The translations under genes and the position numbers were made by a program. The notes under the pieces were generated by a model that was not told the DNA's origin, ran no database searches, and saw nothing but the letters and a program-made list of their open reading frames with translations. Shown in pieces: positions 14,429 to 25,529 of a stretch of DNA of 64,000 nucleotides. The DNA is from an uncultured Gemmatimonadales bacterium (GTDB taxonomy: Bacteria > Gemmatimonadota > Gemmatimonadetes > Gemmatimonadales > GWC2-71-9), in contig CAVVKJ010000008.1 of assembly GCA_963748815.1 (NCBI GenBank), positions 151,102 through 215,101 on the forward strand, read 5' to 3'. Each line of letters opens with the position of its first letter. Position 1 is the stretch's first letter.

Positions 14429-14456
14429 ACGAGGCGTCCCATCCGGGGCGCCTCGT
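14429..14456. terminator. Hairpin between convergent peptidase and rho
   Basis: acgaggcgtccc-atcc-ggggcgcctcgt. Confidence 0.6.
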
Positions 14457-14482
14457 GTTGTATTCGAACCCGGGCGAGTCGC

Positions 14483-15613
14483 CTAGCGCGTCAGCGTCGG
14501 GATCAGTTCTTCGTTGGTCTTGGCGCCACGGAAGAGGGAAAGCAGGTCCTGCATCGCGTTGATGGAGGGCATCCCCGCCGTGCGCTGCCGCAGGGCGTGG
14601 GAGGCCGCCAGCGCCTCGGGGGAAAAGAGCAGTTCTTCCCGCCGGGTGGAGCTCGCCGGGATGTCGATGGCGGGGTAGATACGCCGCTCCGCCAGCTCGC
14701 GGCTCAGCACCAGCTCGCTGTTGCCGGTTCCCTTGAACTCCTCGAAAATGACCTGGTCCATCTTCGATCCGGTGTCCACCAGCGCGGTGGCGATGATGGT
14801 CAGCGACCCGCCGCCGCGCGACGGGTCGACGTACCGGGCACTGCCGAGAAAGCGCTTGGGCTTTTCCATCGCGTTGGCGTCGAGGCCGCCGGACAACGTC
14901 CGGCCGGTGCCCCGTTCCAGCGTGTTGTAGGCCCGCGCAAGGCGCGTGATCGAATCGAGGATGATGACCGAATCCCGGCCGAGTTCCACTTGGCGCCGGG
15001 CCCGTTCCAGCGTGAGTTCCGCGACTTCGGCGTGGCGTTCGGCCGGCTGGTCGAAGCTCGAGGCCACCACCTCGCCCGCCCCCGCCATCTCCATCTCCGT
15101 CACTTCCTCCGGCCGCTCGTCGACCAGCAGGATGAAGAGCTGCGCGGCGGGATGGTTGCGAGCGACGCCCTCGGCCACCGCCTGCAGCACCGTGGTCTTG
15201 CCCGCCTTGGCGGGAGCGACGATGAGTGCGCGCTGTCCCTTGCCGAAGGGGCAGAGCAGGTCGATGAGCCGGGTGATTTCATGGGCGGTGCGCCGGGTGC
15301 CGGGGGGCACCTCGAGCGTGAGCATTTCCTTCGGGTGCGTCGCGGGAAGTTTCGAAAATTCGGGGCGCCGCGCGATCTCCTCGGGCGCGAGCCCGTTGAC
15401 CGTGGTCACCTTCTGGAGACTGGGACCGCGCCCCTTGCCGCCACGCCCCCCCTCACCGGCGATTTCATCGCCGGTGCGGAGGCCGTACTGCTTCACGAGA
15501 TGGGGGGGGACGAAGAGGTCGCCATCGGCCGGCGCATAGGCCGATTCACGGCGTCGTATGAAGGCGGTCCCGCGGTCCGTCAGTTCCAGGATGCCCAGGA
15601 GGGTATCGCTCAC
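14483..15613 (-). CDS. rho: Transcription termination factor Rho, short form (376 aa)
   Basis: GILE..AFIR RNA-binding domain, [55 protein letters not shown] start overlaps upstream TGA (GTGA). Confidence 0.93.
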   Translation of the reverse strand: MSDTLLGILELTDRGTAFIRRRESAYAPADGDLFVPPHLVKQYGLRTGDEIAGEGGRGGKGRGPSLQKVTTVNGLAPEEIARRPEFSKLPATHPKEMLTLEVPPGTRRTAHEITRLIDLLCPFGKGQRALIVAPAKAGKTTVLQAVAEGVARNHPAAQLFILLVDERPEEVTEMEMAGAGEVVASSFDQPAERHAEVAELTLERARRQVELGRDSVIILDSITRLARAYNTLERGTGRTLSGGLDANAMEKPKRFLGSARYVDPSRGGGSLTIIATALVDTGSKMDQVIFEEFKGTGNSELVLSRELAERRIYPAIDIPASSTRREELLFSPEALAASHALRQRTAGMPSINAMQDLLSLFRGAKTNEELIPTLTR

Positions 15614-16041
15614 TGCGCCCCGGCGTCCCAGGAATCCCACGTCAGATGACAGCGTGTCACGAAGTACTCCGGCGGATGGCCTGTGCGCTCCAGCAAGTCG
15701 TGGAGCATCTCGTGGCGAACGACCATTTCGTTCCCCACGTAGGCGCCGGCGATGGTGATCCGGGAGACGTTGCCGACCCGCTCCCAGAGACCCACCTTCT
15801 CGCCGATGCTCGTCTCGAAAGTAGCGACGTCGGGCACCACATACCACTCGATGCCCTCCATCGCGCCGCGCAGCTCGGCGCACGCCTCGGTGCGGGCGTA
15901 CCAGGTGGCATACTCGGCGGGAGCGGTCATCAGGACGGCGCCCTCGGGGGGGGCGCTCGGTTCGAGGCCGGTGCACGACGCCGCGACCAGCCAGATGGCC
16001 ATGACGGGTACGAGGCGATGGGGAACGGATGCTGGGCGCAT
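15610..16041 (-). CDS. Small lipoprotein with HExxH zincin-like motif
   Basis: Signal peptide ending VAASC; VRHEMLHDLLERTGHP; GGAG RBS at 16047-16050. Confidence 0.75.
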   Translation of the reverse strand: MRPASVPHRLVPVMAIWLVAASCTGLEPSAPPEGAVLMTAPAEYATWYARTEACAELRGAMEGIEWYVVPDVATFETSIGEKVGLWERVGNVSRITIAGAYVGNEMVVRHEMLHDLLERTGHPPEYFVTRCHLTWDSWDAGAQ

Positions 16042-16126
16042 GGTGTCTCCACAACGCCCGATAAGCTCAAGGCCATGGGATCGCTTTCCCGGAGGGAAGG
16101 GTGTCCTGGCCCCGCTTCTCTGCCTG

Positions 16127-16216
16127 CCTTCGGCACCGAGCTATCTCCGGCCCATTCGGGCCTGAGACCTCAAGTTTTGCGGCCCCGGATCACTCCGGGT
16201 GTGCTCTTATCGGGCG
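16127..16216 (-). ncRNA. GEMM-I (cyclic di-GMP-I class) riboswitch, A20 variant (possible c-AMP-GMP sensor)
   Basis: Minus strand CGAUAAGAGC-ACA-CCCGGA-GUGA-UCCGGG-GCC-GC-AAAA-CUUGAGGUCUC...GAGAUAGCUCGGUGCCGAA matches the GEMM layout (P2 with GNRA loop, GCAAA junction, P3, GCCGAA); recognised by eye, no covariance search run. Confidence 0.82.
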
Positions 16217-16418
16217 GGTCGTTGGTGGACTGCGGAAGGGGTAGAACGCAAGTCCGGGGCCGACCAGCCCCGAGATGGCCTAAGTTGAACAGGCGGCTCC
16301 GCTTAGCCGGGGTGATTTGTCCGGAACTTGTTGTCCTGACATAGTTTAGGTAGCTTCGTGGCGATGCCCGGGCGCGCCGCCCAGGCCGCTATGGACCCCC
16401 GTCGAGGGACACCTGCTG

Positions 16419-17354
16419 ATGATGCGCACCTTCCTACTGTGGCTGTCGGAGCAACAGGGTGTGTTCAACTTCCTGCGGCGCAATGGCCTCGCCCGAAAGT
16501 TCGCCAGCCGCTTCGTGGCGGGGGAAACACGGGAGACCGCCACGGCGGCGGCGCTCGAATTGAAGACCCTCGGGATCATGACGACGCTGGACCTCCTGGG
16601 GGAGAGCGTCAACCTGCCGGCCGATGCGATCGCGGCCCGCGACGAGTACCTGCGCATGCTCGACGGGCTCGCCGCCAGCGGCGCCGACATCAACGTGTCG
16701 GTCAAGCTCACCCAGATGGGCTTCGACATCGACGAGGCGCTCTGCCTCGACAACATGCGGCGCATCCTGGCCAAGGCGCGCGACCTCGGCGGCTTTGTCC
16801 GCCTCGACATGGAGAGCTCGGAATACACGCAGCGCACTCTCGATTTCTTCGAGCGGCACCTGCTCGCCGAGTTCGGCAGGCACACTGGCGTCGTCATCCA
16901 GTCCTGCCTCCGCCGCTCCACCGCGGATGTGCAGCGGCTCATCGGGCTCGGCGCGCGGGTGCGCCTCTGCAAAGGGGCCTACCTCGAGTCCCCCGACGTC
17001 GCCTTTCCGGACAAGAAGGACGTGGACCGGCAGTTCATCGCGTTGATGGAGGACCTCCTCCGGCACGGCAACTATCCCGGCATCGCCACGCACGACAACC
17101 GGATGCTCGAGCATGCCCGGGCCTTCGTGACCCGTGAGGGGATTCCGGCCGACCGCTTCGAGTTCCAGATGCTCTTCGGCGTGCGGCGCGACCTGCAGGA
17201 GCGACTCCGCAAGGACGGCTTCAACATGCGGGTGTACATCCCGTTCGGCACCCAGTGGTATCCGTACCTGATGCGCCGGCTCGCCGAGCGCCCGGCCAAT
17301 ATCGTCTTCATCTTCGGCAACGTGGTTCGCGAGACGCTCGCCTTGAAGGGTTGA
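16419..17354 (+). CDS. Monofunctional proline dehydrogenase
   Basis: SRFVAGE, SVKLTQMG, VRLDMES, RVRLCKGAY, ATHD, YLMRRLAERPAN. Confidence 0.92.
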   Translation: MMRTFLLWLSEQQGVFNFLRRNGLARKFASRFVAGETRETATAAALELKTLGIMTTLDLLGESVNLPADAIAARDEYLRMLDGLAASGADINVSVKLTQMGFDIDEALCLDNMRRILAKARDLGGFVRLDMESSEYTQRTLDFFERHLLAEFGRHTGVVIQSCLRRSTADVQRLIGLGARVRLCKGAYLESPDVAFPDKKDVDRQFIALMEDLLRHGNYPGIATHDNRMLEHARAFVTREGIPADRFEFQMLFGVRRDLQERLRKDGFNMRVYIPFGTQWYPYLMRRLAERPANIVFIFGNVVRETLALKG

Positions 17355-17665
17355 TGGAAGCCACCCTCGGCGGGTACATGAACAAGCACGGCCGCGCGGC
17401 CGCGTTCGGGGGGAGCGATGGGCACGCCTATTCGGTGGGGCTCTACGTGGACGACGACCCCGACGAGCGGGGCCGCTACGGCGCGGCGCTGCTCTTCGTC
17501 CGGTGGGATGCCGCCGGAGCCGCGCCGGTCGGGCACGTGGAGACGGAATTCCTCGCCTGGGGGCGCACCGCCCTCGAGGCGGAGGAACGGGTGAAGGCGC
17601 TCTCGCTCTACGACGTCAAGGCGGCGCTCGACGAGGCCATCGCCCGCCAGCCGGGGGAGTGGTGA
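17354..17665 (+). CDS. Hypothetical protein
   Basis: ATG overlaps upstream TGA; stop overlaps rsgA GTG; typical codon usage. Confidence 0.7.
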   Translation: MEATLGGYMNKHGRAAAFGGSDGHAYSVGLYVDDDPDERGRYGAALLFVRWDAAGAAPVGHVETEFLAWGRTALEAEERVKALSLYDVKAALDEAIARQPGEW

Positions 17666-18564
17666 CGGGCGTCCCGGGGACGGTGCTCGAGCGCGACGGG
17701 GCGGCGTATCGGGTGATGACGGAGCGTGGCGAAGTGCGCGCCGTGCTGAGCGGGAAGACCAAGCGGGACACCCCGCGAGTCGTGGTGGGCGACCGTGTCA
17801 CCATGGTGCCGGACCCGGTCGGTGGCCTTTCCAGCATCACCGAGGTGGCCCCGCGCAAGACCCTCCTCGAGCGGCGCGTCCCGCTCGGGCGGGGCACGCG
17901 GCCCATCGCGGCCAATATCGACACCGTGTTCGTCGTGACCTCCAACGTCGATCCCGCGCCCCTCCCCCAGCTCATCGACCGCCTGCTCGTCGTGGCGGAA
18001 GCCAACGAGATTCCCGCGGCGGTGGTGATCAACAAGGTGGACCTCGATCCGGGGGTGTGGCTCGAGCAGCGATGCCGGCAGGCGGGATACCCGGTCTACC
18101 GGACCAGCGCGAAGTCCGGGGAGGGGCTGGCGGAGTTGCGGGCCGCCATGGCGGGGCGCGAATCGGTGGTCACCGGCCCCTCCGGCGCGGGGAAGTCGAG
18201 CCTGCTGAACGCCCTGCAGCCTGGACTCACGCTGCGCACCGGCGAACTGAGCGCCAGGCACCGCCGCGGCCGGAACACGACGGTCTCCGCGCTCATGCTG
18301 CCGTTCGAAGGGGGCTACCTGGTGGATACGCCGGGCTTCAACGAGGTGGGGCTCTGGGGCATCGAGCCCCGGGAGCTCGCGAGCTGCTTTCCGGAGTTTC
18401 GACCGCTCATCGGCGAGTGCCGCTTCCAGGACTGCCGGCACGTCAGCGAGCCGGGGTGCAAGATCCAGGATGCGGTGGCGGCCGGCGCGATCGCGCCGGA
18501 CCGCCTGGAGAGCTACCGGATGCTGCTGGAGGAGACCGAGTCGGAACCGGAGGAGTGGGAGTAG
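17662..18564 (+). CDS. rsgA: Ribosome small subunit-dependent GTPase A
   Basis: Circularly permuted G motifs NKVD...GPSGAGKSS...DTPG; C-terminal CRFQDCRH-x-x-EPGC zinc site. Confidence 0.93.
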   Translation: MTGVPGTVLERDGAAYRVMTERGEVRAVLSGKTKRDTPRVVVGDRVTMVPDPVGGLSSITEVAPRKTLLERRVPLGRGTRPIAANIDTVFVVTSNVDPAPLPQLIDRLLVVAEANEIPAAVVINKVDLDPGVWLEQRCRQAGYPVYRTSAKSGEGLAELRAAMAGRESVVTGPSGAGKSSLLNALQPGLTLRTGELSARHRRGRNTTVSALMLPFEGGYLVDTPGFNEVGLWGIEPRELASCFPEFRPLIGECRFQDCRHVSEPGCKIQDAVAAGAIAPDRLESYRMLLEETESEPEEWE

Positions 18565-18885
18565 CTACCTGGCTTTCCTCGTCCAGCGATCGGCGTCCCG
18601 CCCCTCCACCTTGGCCATCATCCGGTCGAACGCGTCCTGCAGGTCGATCCCCTCGCGGTTGGCCATGCAGATCAGCACGAACAGGATGTCGGCCATCTCC
18701 ATCCCCAGCTCCCCGTCCGCCTCGCTGTCCTTCTTCGTCTTCTGGCCGAAGCGGTGGTTGACCTCCCGCGCCAGCTCCCCAACCTCCTCGGCCAGCCGGG
18801 CCATGTTGGTGAGCGGGTCGAAATAGCCCTCCTCGAACTGGCTGATCCAGTCATCCACTCGGCGCTGGGCGTCGGACAGGGTCAT
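18565..18885 (-). CDS. MazG-like nucleotide pyrophosphohydrolase (YpjD type)
   Basis: RLAEEVGELAREVNH and EMADILFVL motifs. Confidence 0.9.
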   Translation of the reverse strand: MTLSDAQRRVDDWISQFEEGYFDPLTNMARLAEEVGELAREVNHRFGQKTKKDSEADGELGMEMADILFVLICMANREGIDLQDAFDRMMAKVEGRDADRWTRKAR

Positions 18886-19004
18886 CGGGGAAGTCCGGTT
18901 GAGGTCCAATCGGGGGCGGGGGAACGCCCCTCGCCAATCGCTCCGGAGTATAGCATCTTTTTCGGGTCCCCTCGCACGCGCCATTCCTCATTTCCGGCCC
19001 TGTC

Positions 19005-19253
19005 ATGCGCTCACGCGAACGAATCCTCGGCAATCTCGAAACGCTCTACCGCGAGACCTTCGAACGGGCCCGTACCTCGGGCGACCAGCGCCGGGTCGAG
19101 GAGCTCGACGCGGCGTACGTGCGCGATCAGCTCATGCTCGAAATCCTGCTCGACATCCGCGACCTCTTCTCGGTGGCGCCCGCCGCGCCGTCGCAGGGCG
19201 GGTCCGCGCTCGAGAAACTTGAGGCGCTCCGGCGGCTCACCACCCTTCGCTAG
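19005..19253 (+). CDS. Hypothetical protein (helical)
   Basis: 82-aa ORF with typical codon usage, 9 nt upstream of the next gene. Confidence 0.65.
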   Translation: MRSRERILGNLETLYRETFERARTSGDQRRVEELDAAYVRDQLMLEILLDIRDLFSVAPAAPSQGGSALEKLEALRRLTTLR

Positions 19254-19262
19254 GAACGTCCC

Positions 19263-20952
19263 GTGACGCGTCCCCTCCGGTTCGGTGCGGTGGATCGCCT
19301 GCTGCCTGCCCTCCTCCTGTCGGCTGTCTCGGGGCTCGCCTGTGCGTCCCCCCCCGCGCCGGCGACCACCGTGGCGTTCGGCCGGGTCTGGACCGGGAAC
19401 CCCGATCAGCCCTGGGCCGGCGGCGTGGCCATGCGCGGGGACACGCTCGTGGGCGTGGGCGACAGCAGTGACGTGGCCCGCTTCGTCGGCGAGCAGACCG
19501 TGGTGGTCGCCGCGCCGGGCGGGATGGTCGTCCCCGGATTCATGGATGGCCACACCCATTTTCTCGACGGCGGCATCCAGCTCGTCAGCGTGGACCTGCG
19601 GACCGCCGATTCGCCCGAGGAGTTCACCGCCCGGATCGCGGCGTTTGCCGCGGAACGGAAGCCGGGTGAGTGGATCATCGGCGGCGACTGGGACCACGAG
19701 CGGTGGCCGGGCACGCCCCTCCCCACCCGCGCGTGGATCGACTCGGTGACGCCGAACAATCCCGTCTTCGTGAACCGGCTCGACGGACACATGGGCGTGG
19801 CCAACAGCGCGGCGCTGCGCGCGGCGGGCATCACCAGGTCCACCCAGGACATCCCAGGCGGGGAGATCGTCCGGGATCCGCGCACCGGGGAGCCGACCGG
19901 CATCCTCAAGGACAACGCGATGCGCCCGGTGTACGCGGCCCTGCCGCCGCCGAGCGAGGCGCAACTCGACGCCGCCCTGGCGCGCGCCGTGGCGTTCGCG
20001 GCAAGCAAGGGTGTCACGGCCACCAACTTCATGAGCGCGCCCACCGCCTGGCTCGGCGCCTTCCAGCGTGCCCGCGCGGCCGGCACGCTGACCGTCCGGA
20101 CCAAGATGTTCTTCCCGATCCAGGCCGTGGCAGTGGGTGGCGGACACCGTCGCGGCCATCGGACCCGGTGACGACTGGCTCCGGATCGACGGGGTGAAGG
20201 GGTACATGGACGGCTCGCTCGGCTCGACGACAGCCCTGCTTTTCCGCCCCTACCGCGACGCGCCGAACACCCGCGGCCTGGAGACCACGCCGCTCGACTC
20301 GATCCGGCGCTGGGTGCAGTCCGCCGACTCGGCGCAGCTCCAGGTGGCCATTCACGCCATCGGCGACCGCGCCAACGCCCTGCTCCTCGACACCTTCGAC
20401 TCCGTGACGGTCGCCAACGGGGCCCGCGACCGCCGCTTCCGCATCGAGCACGCGCAGCACCTCCGGCCCGAGGACATCACCCGCATCGCGAAGATGAACG
20501 TCATCCCCTCGATGCAGCCCTATCACATCATCGACGACGGCCGTTGGGCCGCCAAGCGGATCGACACCCTCCTCCTGCAGACCACCTACGCCTTTCGGAC
20601 CCTGATCGACGACGGCGCGCACCTGGAGTTCGGCTCCGACTGGACGGTGGCGCCCCTCGACCCGCTGCTGGGCATCTACGCCGCGGTCACCAGGCGGACG
20701 CTCGACGACAAGAACCCCGGCGGGTGGTTCGCGGCGCAGAAGGTCACCGTGGACGAGGCGCTGCGCGCCTATACCGCGGAAAACGCCTACGGGGTCTTCG
20801 CGGAGGGCCGCCGGGGCGTGTTGAAGCCTGGCATGCGGGCCGACCTGGTGCTGCTCGACCGGGACGTGACCGCCATCGACCCGGTCGACATTCCGAAGAC
20901 ACAGGTTCTGGCCACCATCGCCGGCGGGCAAGTGGTGTACCGGGCGCCCTGA
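19263..20952 (+). CDS. Amidohydrolase (YtcJ-like lipoprotein); +1 frameshift near 20124-20127
   Basis: PGFMDGHTH, RLDGHMG; second frame carries KGYMDGSLGS, HAIGD, RIEHAQ, FGSDW; ORFs 19263..20171 and 20137..20952. Confidence 0.88.
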
Positions 20953-20995
20953 GCGCCCCCGTCGACGGTCACACCCTGAAGGGGAGGCTCGACCC

Positions 20996-23287
20996 ATGGT
21001 GAACCGGGTGGTCGCAGCGGCGCTGATGGCGGCGTGCGTTCCGGTCGTCGTGTCGGCGCAGTCGGCGGCCGCGCCGGCGGCCACATGGGGCGCGGGCTAC
21101 GCCCAGGTCAAGGCGATGCTCCCCGCCACGGGTCGGGGGGCCTCCGTGAGCGGACTGGTCCTGCAGCGGGAAACGGGACAGTTCGTCTTGTCGAGCGGGA
21201 CGATGGTGCTGTTGGCGCCGGTCGGGAACCGCGTGATGGGCGCGGCATTCCGGGGCAGCGGGACCTTCCGCTTCACGCCGGCCACGGAGCTCGAGCAGCA
21301 ACAGCTCCGACGCACGCACAAGGACACTGCCCTGACGGTCACGTTCGCCGAGGCCGTCTTCCTCTTCTCCGATTCGACGCTCGCGGAACTCGAGCGCCAG
21401 GTCTCCTTTCAAGACGGCGCCGCGCCCGGCCTCTCGAACGCCCGGTGGTCGCAGACGCTGGATTTCCTTGGCGACGATCAGCACAACAGCATCGACCCCG
21501 ACGTGATGCTCGACCTCCTCAACGGCGCCCCCGGCGGGTTCTTCTACGCGCATATCACTCCGGCCAGCGGCGGCCCCCTCATGTTTCTCGTCACGCCGAG
21601 AGAACGGGAGGGGGTGGAGTTACGGGAACGGGATCGCAGCAGCCTGTCCTCGGGCTACACCACCACCACCGTCAAGGAGCGGGCCACCGGCGTCGACCCG
21701 TCGCGCCCAGGACCGGAGCGCCGGGGCGACGCGCTGGTCCGGCACTACGCCCTGGATGTCTCGCTGCCGAACACCGGGTCCGGCGACATCGGCTTCTCGG
21801 CATCGGCCCGACTGGTCATCGCCAGTGAGGCGGCGGTGGGACCGTGGGTGGCGTTCTCCCTCTTCGAAAAGTTCATCGTCGACTCGGCGGTGTGGCTGGA
21901 CGGCAAGCCGGCGGTGTTCGAGAAGAAGAAGGACAGCCCCTATCTCTGGGTGCGGCTGCCCGCCGTTCTCCCCGCCGGGGAAACGATCCAGCTCAACGTG
22001 TACTATCGCGGCGACCTGATCGACCGGTACGGCGACTTCTTCTACATCAAGGGTTCCACCGCCTGGTACCCGCGGCCGCTGGCGGGGCGGGCCCTCGCCA
22101 CCTTCGAGATGATCTACCACTACCCGTCGAACTACGGCTTCGCCAGCGTCGGGGAACTGATGGACTCGAGCACGACCGATCGGACGACCACGAGCCGCTG
22201 GGTGACCGCGCGGCCCATCCGCAACGCGTCGTTCAACATCGGGATGTTCAAGCGGTACACGCCGGTGGAACCGGGGGCGCCGCCGGTCACCGTGCTCGTC
22301 TCGGAGAGCGGCCACCGCTCGATCGGCACGAAGGCGTACTCCGCCGACGAGGTGAGCAAGGACATCGCCCGGAGCATGAAGCTCTACACCTCGATGTTCG
22401 GCCCGCCGCCGGCGGACAATTTCTACGCGACGGAGATCCCCGCCGGGCACGGGGAGGCGTTTCCCGGGTTGATCCACCTGTCGATGTCCACCTTCGGGAT
22501 GACCGCCAGCAAGGGCCACAACGAGGTGTTCCGGGCTCACGAGGTGGCCCACCAGTGGTGGGGGATCGGCGTGGATTTCGCCAGCTACCGCGATCAGTGG
22601 CTCAGCGAAGGGTTCTCGACCTTCGCCGCGCTGTGGTACCTCCAGACCGTTCGGGGCGACGGGAAGCAGTACTTCGCCATGCTGGACGAATGGAAGGCGG
22701 AACTCCTGGCGCGCGGTGCGGAACCGGCGCCGATCGGGCTCGGGTACCGCGCGGCGGACGCCGACAATCCCGGCGACTACAACCTGGTCGTCTACGAGAA
22801 GGGCGCCTGGGTGCTGCACATGCTGCGGGCGATGATGATCGACTTGAAGACGATGAACGAGGACCGCTTCTCCGGCATGATGAAGGATTTCTACCAGACC
22901 TACCAGGGCAAGCAGGCCTCGACGGGGGACTTCCAGCGCACGGTCGAGCGGCACACCGGGCAGCCGATGGGGTGGTTCTTCACGCAGTGGGTGTATCGCT
23001 CGGCGCTGCCAACCTATCGGACGGCGTACCAGGTGACCGAGGCGCCGGACGGCAAGCTCGTGCTCCGCCTGCGTGTCCGGCAAGAAGGCGTGCCGGACGA
23101 CTTCCTGGCCTACATGCCGGTGGCCATCGAGATGGGGAAGGACCAGGTGGTGCGGGTGCGGATGAAGGTGACGGGTCCGGTGAGCGAACTGGAGCTTCCC
23201 GGGCTGCCCGCGAAGCCCAGGAGCGTGAAGTTCAACGACCTCGACGGCGTGCTGGCCGACGTCAAGACGGAGAATTGGGGCTCCTGA
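20996..23287 (+). CDS. Secreted M1 family aminopeptidase
   Basis: Signal peptide; [10 protein letters not shown]...WLSEGF and [12 protein letters not shown]. Confidence 0.88.
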   Translation: MVNRVVAAALMAACVPVVVSAQSAAAPAATWGAGYAQVKAMLPATGRGASVSGLVLQRETGQFVLSSGTMVLLAPVGNRVMGAAFRGSGTFRFTPATELEQQQLRRTHKDTALTVTFAEAVFLFSDSTLAELERQVSFQDGAAPGLSNARWSQTLDFLGDDQHNSIDPDVMLDLLNGAPGGFFYAHITPASGGPLMFLVTPREREGVELRERDRSSLSSGYTTTTVKERATGVDPSRPGPERRGDALVRHYALDVSLPNTGSGDIGFSASARLVIASEAAVGPWVAFSLFEKFIVDSAVWLDGKPAVFEKKKDSPYLWVRLPAVLPAGETIQLNVYYRGDLIDRYGDFFYIKGSTAWYPRPLAGRALATFEMIYHYPSNYGFASVGELMDSSTTDRTTTSRWVTARPIRNASFNIGMFKRYTPVEPGAPPVTVLVSESGHRSIGTKAYSADEVSKDIARSMKLYTSMFGPPPADNFYATEIPAGHGEAFPGLIHLSMSTFGMTASKGHNEVFRAHEVAHQWWGIGVDFASYRDQWLSEGFSTFAALWYLQTVRGDGKQYFAMLDEWKAELLARGAEPAPIGLGYRAADADNPGDYNLVVYEKGAWVLHMLRAMMIDLKTMNEDRFSGMMKDFYQTYQGKQASTGDFQRTVERHTGQPMGWFFTQWVYRSALPTYRTAYQVTEAPDGKLVLRLRVRQEGVPDDFLAYMPVAIEMGKDQVVRVRMKVTGPVSELELPGLPAKPRSVKFNDLDGVLADVKTENWGS

Positions 23288-23378
23288 GCCCCCCGCTTTC
23301 TCCCCCCTCTTCGGGGAGGTATCTTCCGGCAGCCGGTGTTCCCGGCCATTTCCTGCCTCCACCGAGGGTGAATTCCTG

Positions 23379-25511
23379 ATGGCCACACGCACCTCGGCGC
23401 CCACGAAGAGCGCACCGTCGGCCCGGCTCGACAAGGCCGAGCTCCTCGACATCTGCCGGCTGATGCTGCTCTCCCGGCGCATCGACGACCGCGAAATCCA
23501 GCTCAAGCGCCAGAACAAGATCTTCTTCCAGATCTCCGGTGCCGGACACGAGGCGGTGCTGGCGGCCGCCTCCAAGGTGTTCCGGCCGACCTACGACTGG
23601 TTCTACACCTACTACCGGGATCGGGCGCTCTGCCTCGGGCTTGGCATGACGGCCACCGAGCAGTTGCTCTCCGCCGTGGCCGCCGCGGACGACCCCAATT
23701 CCGGCGGCCGGCAGATGCCCTCGCACTGGGGGCACAAGGACCTCAACATCGTCTCCGCCTCCAGCCCGACCGGCACCCAGTTCCTGCAGGCCGTCGGGTG
23801 TGCCGAGGCGTGGCTGCGCTCGACGCAGACGCCCGGCATCGCCGGGCCGGACGCCCCGTTCCACGGGGACGAGGTCGTCTTCTGCTCGACCGGCGACGGC
23901 ACCACCAGCCAGGGCGAGTTCTGGGAGTCGATGAACACCGCCTGCAACCTGAAGCTGCCGGTGGTGTACCTCGTCGAGGACAACGGGTACGCCATCTCCA
24001 CGCCGGTCGAGGTCAACACCGCGGGCGGCTCGGTGTCGAAGCTGCTGGGCGGCTTTCCCGGCCTGTACATCCAGGAGGTCGACGGCTGCGACGTGATGGC
24101 GTCCTACGACGCCCTCACCCGCGCGGTGGAGTATGCCCGTCAGCGCAAGGGCCCCGCGCTGGTGCATGCGCACGTCATCCGGCCCTACAGCCATTCGCTG
24201 TCGGACGACGAGGTCAACTACCGGACGGCGGAGGAGCGCGCGGCGGACGCCGAGCGGGACCCGGTCACGACCTTCCCGCGGTGGCTGGTGGCGCAAGGCA
24301 TCGCGTCCGAGGCGGAAATCGAGCGCATGCGCGTCGCGGTGGCGGAGGAGGTCGACGTCGCCACCGATACCGCGCTCGCCTCGCCGCAGCCCGGCACCGA
24401 CACCATCTACGACTTCGTGTATTCCCCCGACGTCGACCCGACGTCGGAGCAGTTCGACACCGAGGACGACCCCCAGTTCACCGGGGAGCCGACCACGATG
24501 GTCGACCTGATCAACGGCTGCCTGAAGGACGAAATGGCGCGGGACCCGCGGATCGTGGTCTTCGGCCAGGATGTGGCGGACGTGAGCCGGGAACTGCACC
24601 TCGGTGACGTGAAGGGGAAGGGCGGGGTGTTCAAGGTGACGTGGGGGCTGCAGAAGCTCTTCGGTGGCGACCGGGTCTACAATTCGCCGCTCGCGGAGGC
24701 GAACATCATCGGCCGCGCCATCGGGATGGCCACGCGCGGCATGAAGCCGGTCGTCGAAATCCAGTTCTTCGACTATATCTGGACCGCGTACATGCAGCTG
24801 CGCGACGAACTGGCGCTGATGCGGTGGCGGTCGAACAACACCTTCAGCTCCCCGGTCGTCGTGCGCGTCACCTACGGCGGCTACCTGAAGGGCGGGTCGG
24901 TGTACCATTCGCAGACGGGCGCCGCGATCTTCACCGGCGTGCCGGGCCTCCGGGTGGTCTGTCCCTCCACGGCGCTCGACGCCAACGGCCTGTTGCGCAC
25001 CGCCATCCGGTGCGAGGACCCGGTGCTCTTCCTCGAGCACAAGCACCTCTACCGCCAGACGTACAACAAGGCGCCGAATCCCGGCCCCAACTTCATGATC
25101 CCCTTCGGCAAGGCGAAGGTGGTGAGGGAGGGGACGGACGTCACCGTGGTGACCTACGGTGCGGTGGTGCAGCGTGCCGTCGTGGCGGCCAAGGAGCTGG
25201 AGGAGGCCGCGGGGGTGAGCGTCGAGGTCATCGACCTGCGCACCCTGAGCCCCGTCGACTGGGAGACGATCTACGCGTCGGTCCGCAAGACCAACCGTGT
25301 CATCGTCGCCTACGAGGACTCGCTGTCCTGGGGGTACGGGTCGGAAATCGCCGCCCGGATCGCCGACGAGGCCTTCGCCTGGCTCGACGCCCCGGTGCGC
25401 CGGGTGGCGGCCACCGACACCTTCGTGGCCTACGCGCCCGAACTCGAGGACGTTATTCTTCCGCAGGTGGAATCGCTGCGCCAGGCGATGGCGTCGATCG
25501 CCGCCTTCTAA
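23379..25511 (+). CDS. 2-oxoacid (branched-chain type) dehydrogenase E1, fused alpha/beta subunit
   Basis: GDGTTSQG ThDP motif, [26 protein letters not shown]. Confidence 0.9.
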   Translation: MATRTSAPTKSAPSARLDKAELLDICRLMLLSRRIDDREIQLKRQNKIFFQISGAGHEAVLAAASKVFRPTYDWFYTYYRDRALCLGLGMTATEQLLSAVAAADDPNSGGRQMPSHWGHKDLNIVSASSPTGTQFLQAVGCAEAWLRSTQTPGIAGPDAPFHGDEVVFCSTGDGTTSQGEFWESMNTACNLKLPVVYLVEDNGYAISTPVEVNTAGGSVSKLLGGFPGLYIQEVDGCDVMASYDALTRAVEYARQRKGPALVHAHVIRPYSHSLSDDEVNYRTAEERAADAERDPVTTFPRWLVAQGIASEAEIERMRVAVAEEVDVATDTALASPQPGTDTIYDFVYSPDVDPTSEQFDTEDDPQFTGEPTTMVDLINGCLKDEMARDPRIVVFGQDVADVSRELHLGDVKGKGGVFKVTWGLQKLFGGDRVYNSPLAEANIIGRAIGMATRGMKPVVEIQFFDYIWTAYMQLRDELALMRWRSNNTFSSPVVVRVTYGGYLKGGSVYHSQTGAAIFTGVPGLRVVCPSTALDANGLLRTAIRCEDPVLFLEHKHLYRQTYNKAPNPGPNFMIPFGKAKVVREGTDVTVVTYGAVVQRAVVAAKELEEAAGVSVEVIDLRTLSPVDWETIYASVRKTNRVIVAYEDSLSWGYGSEIAARIADEAFAWLDAPVRRVAATDTFVAYAPELEDVILPQVESLRQAMASIAAF

Positions 25512-25529
25512 CGAATCGTGGAGTGCCTC

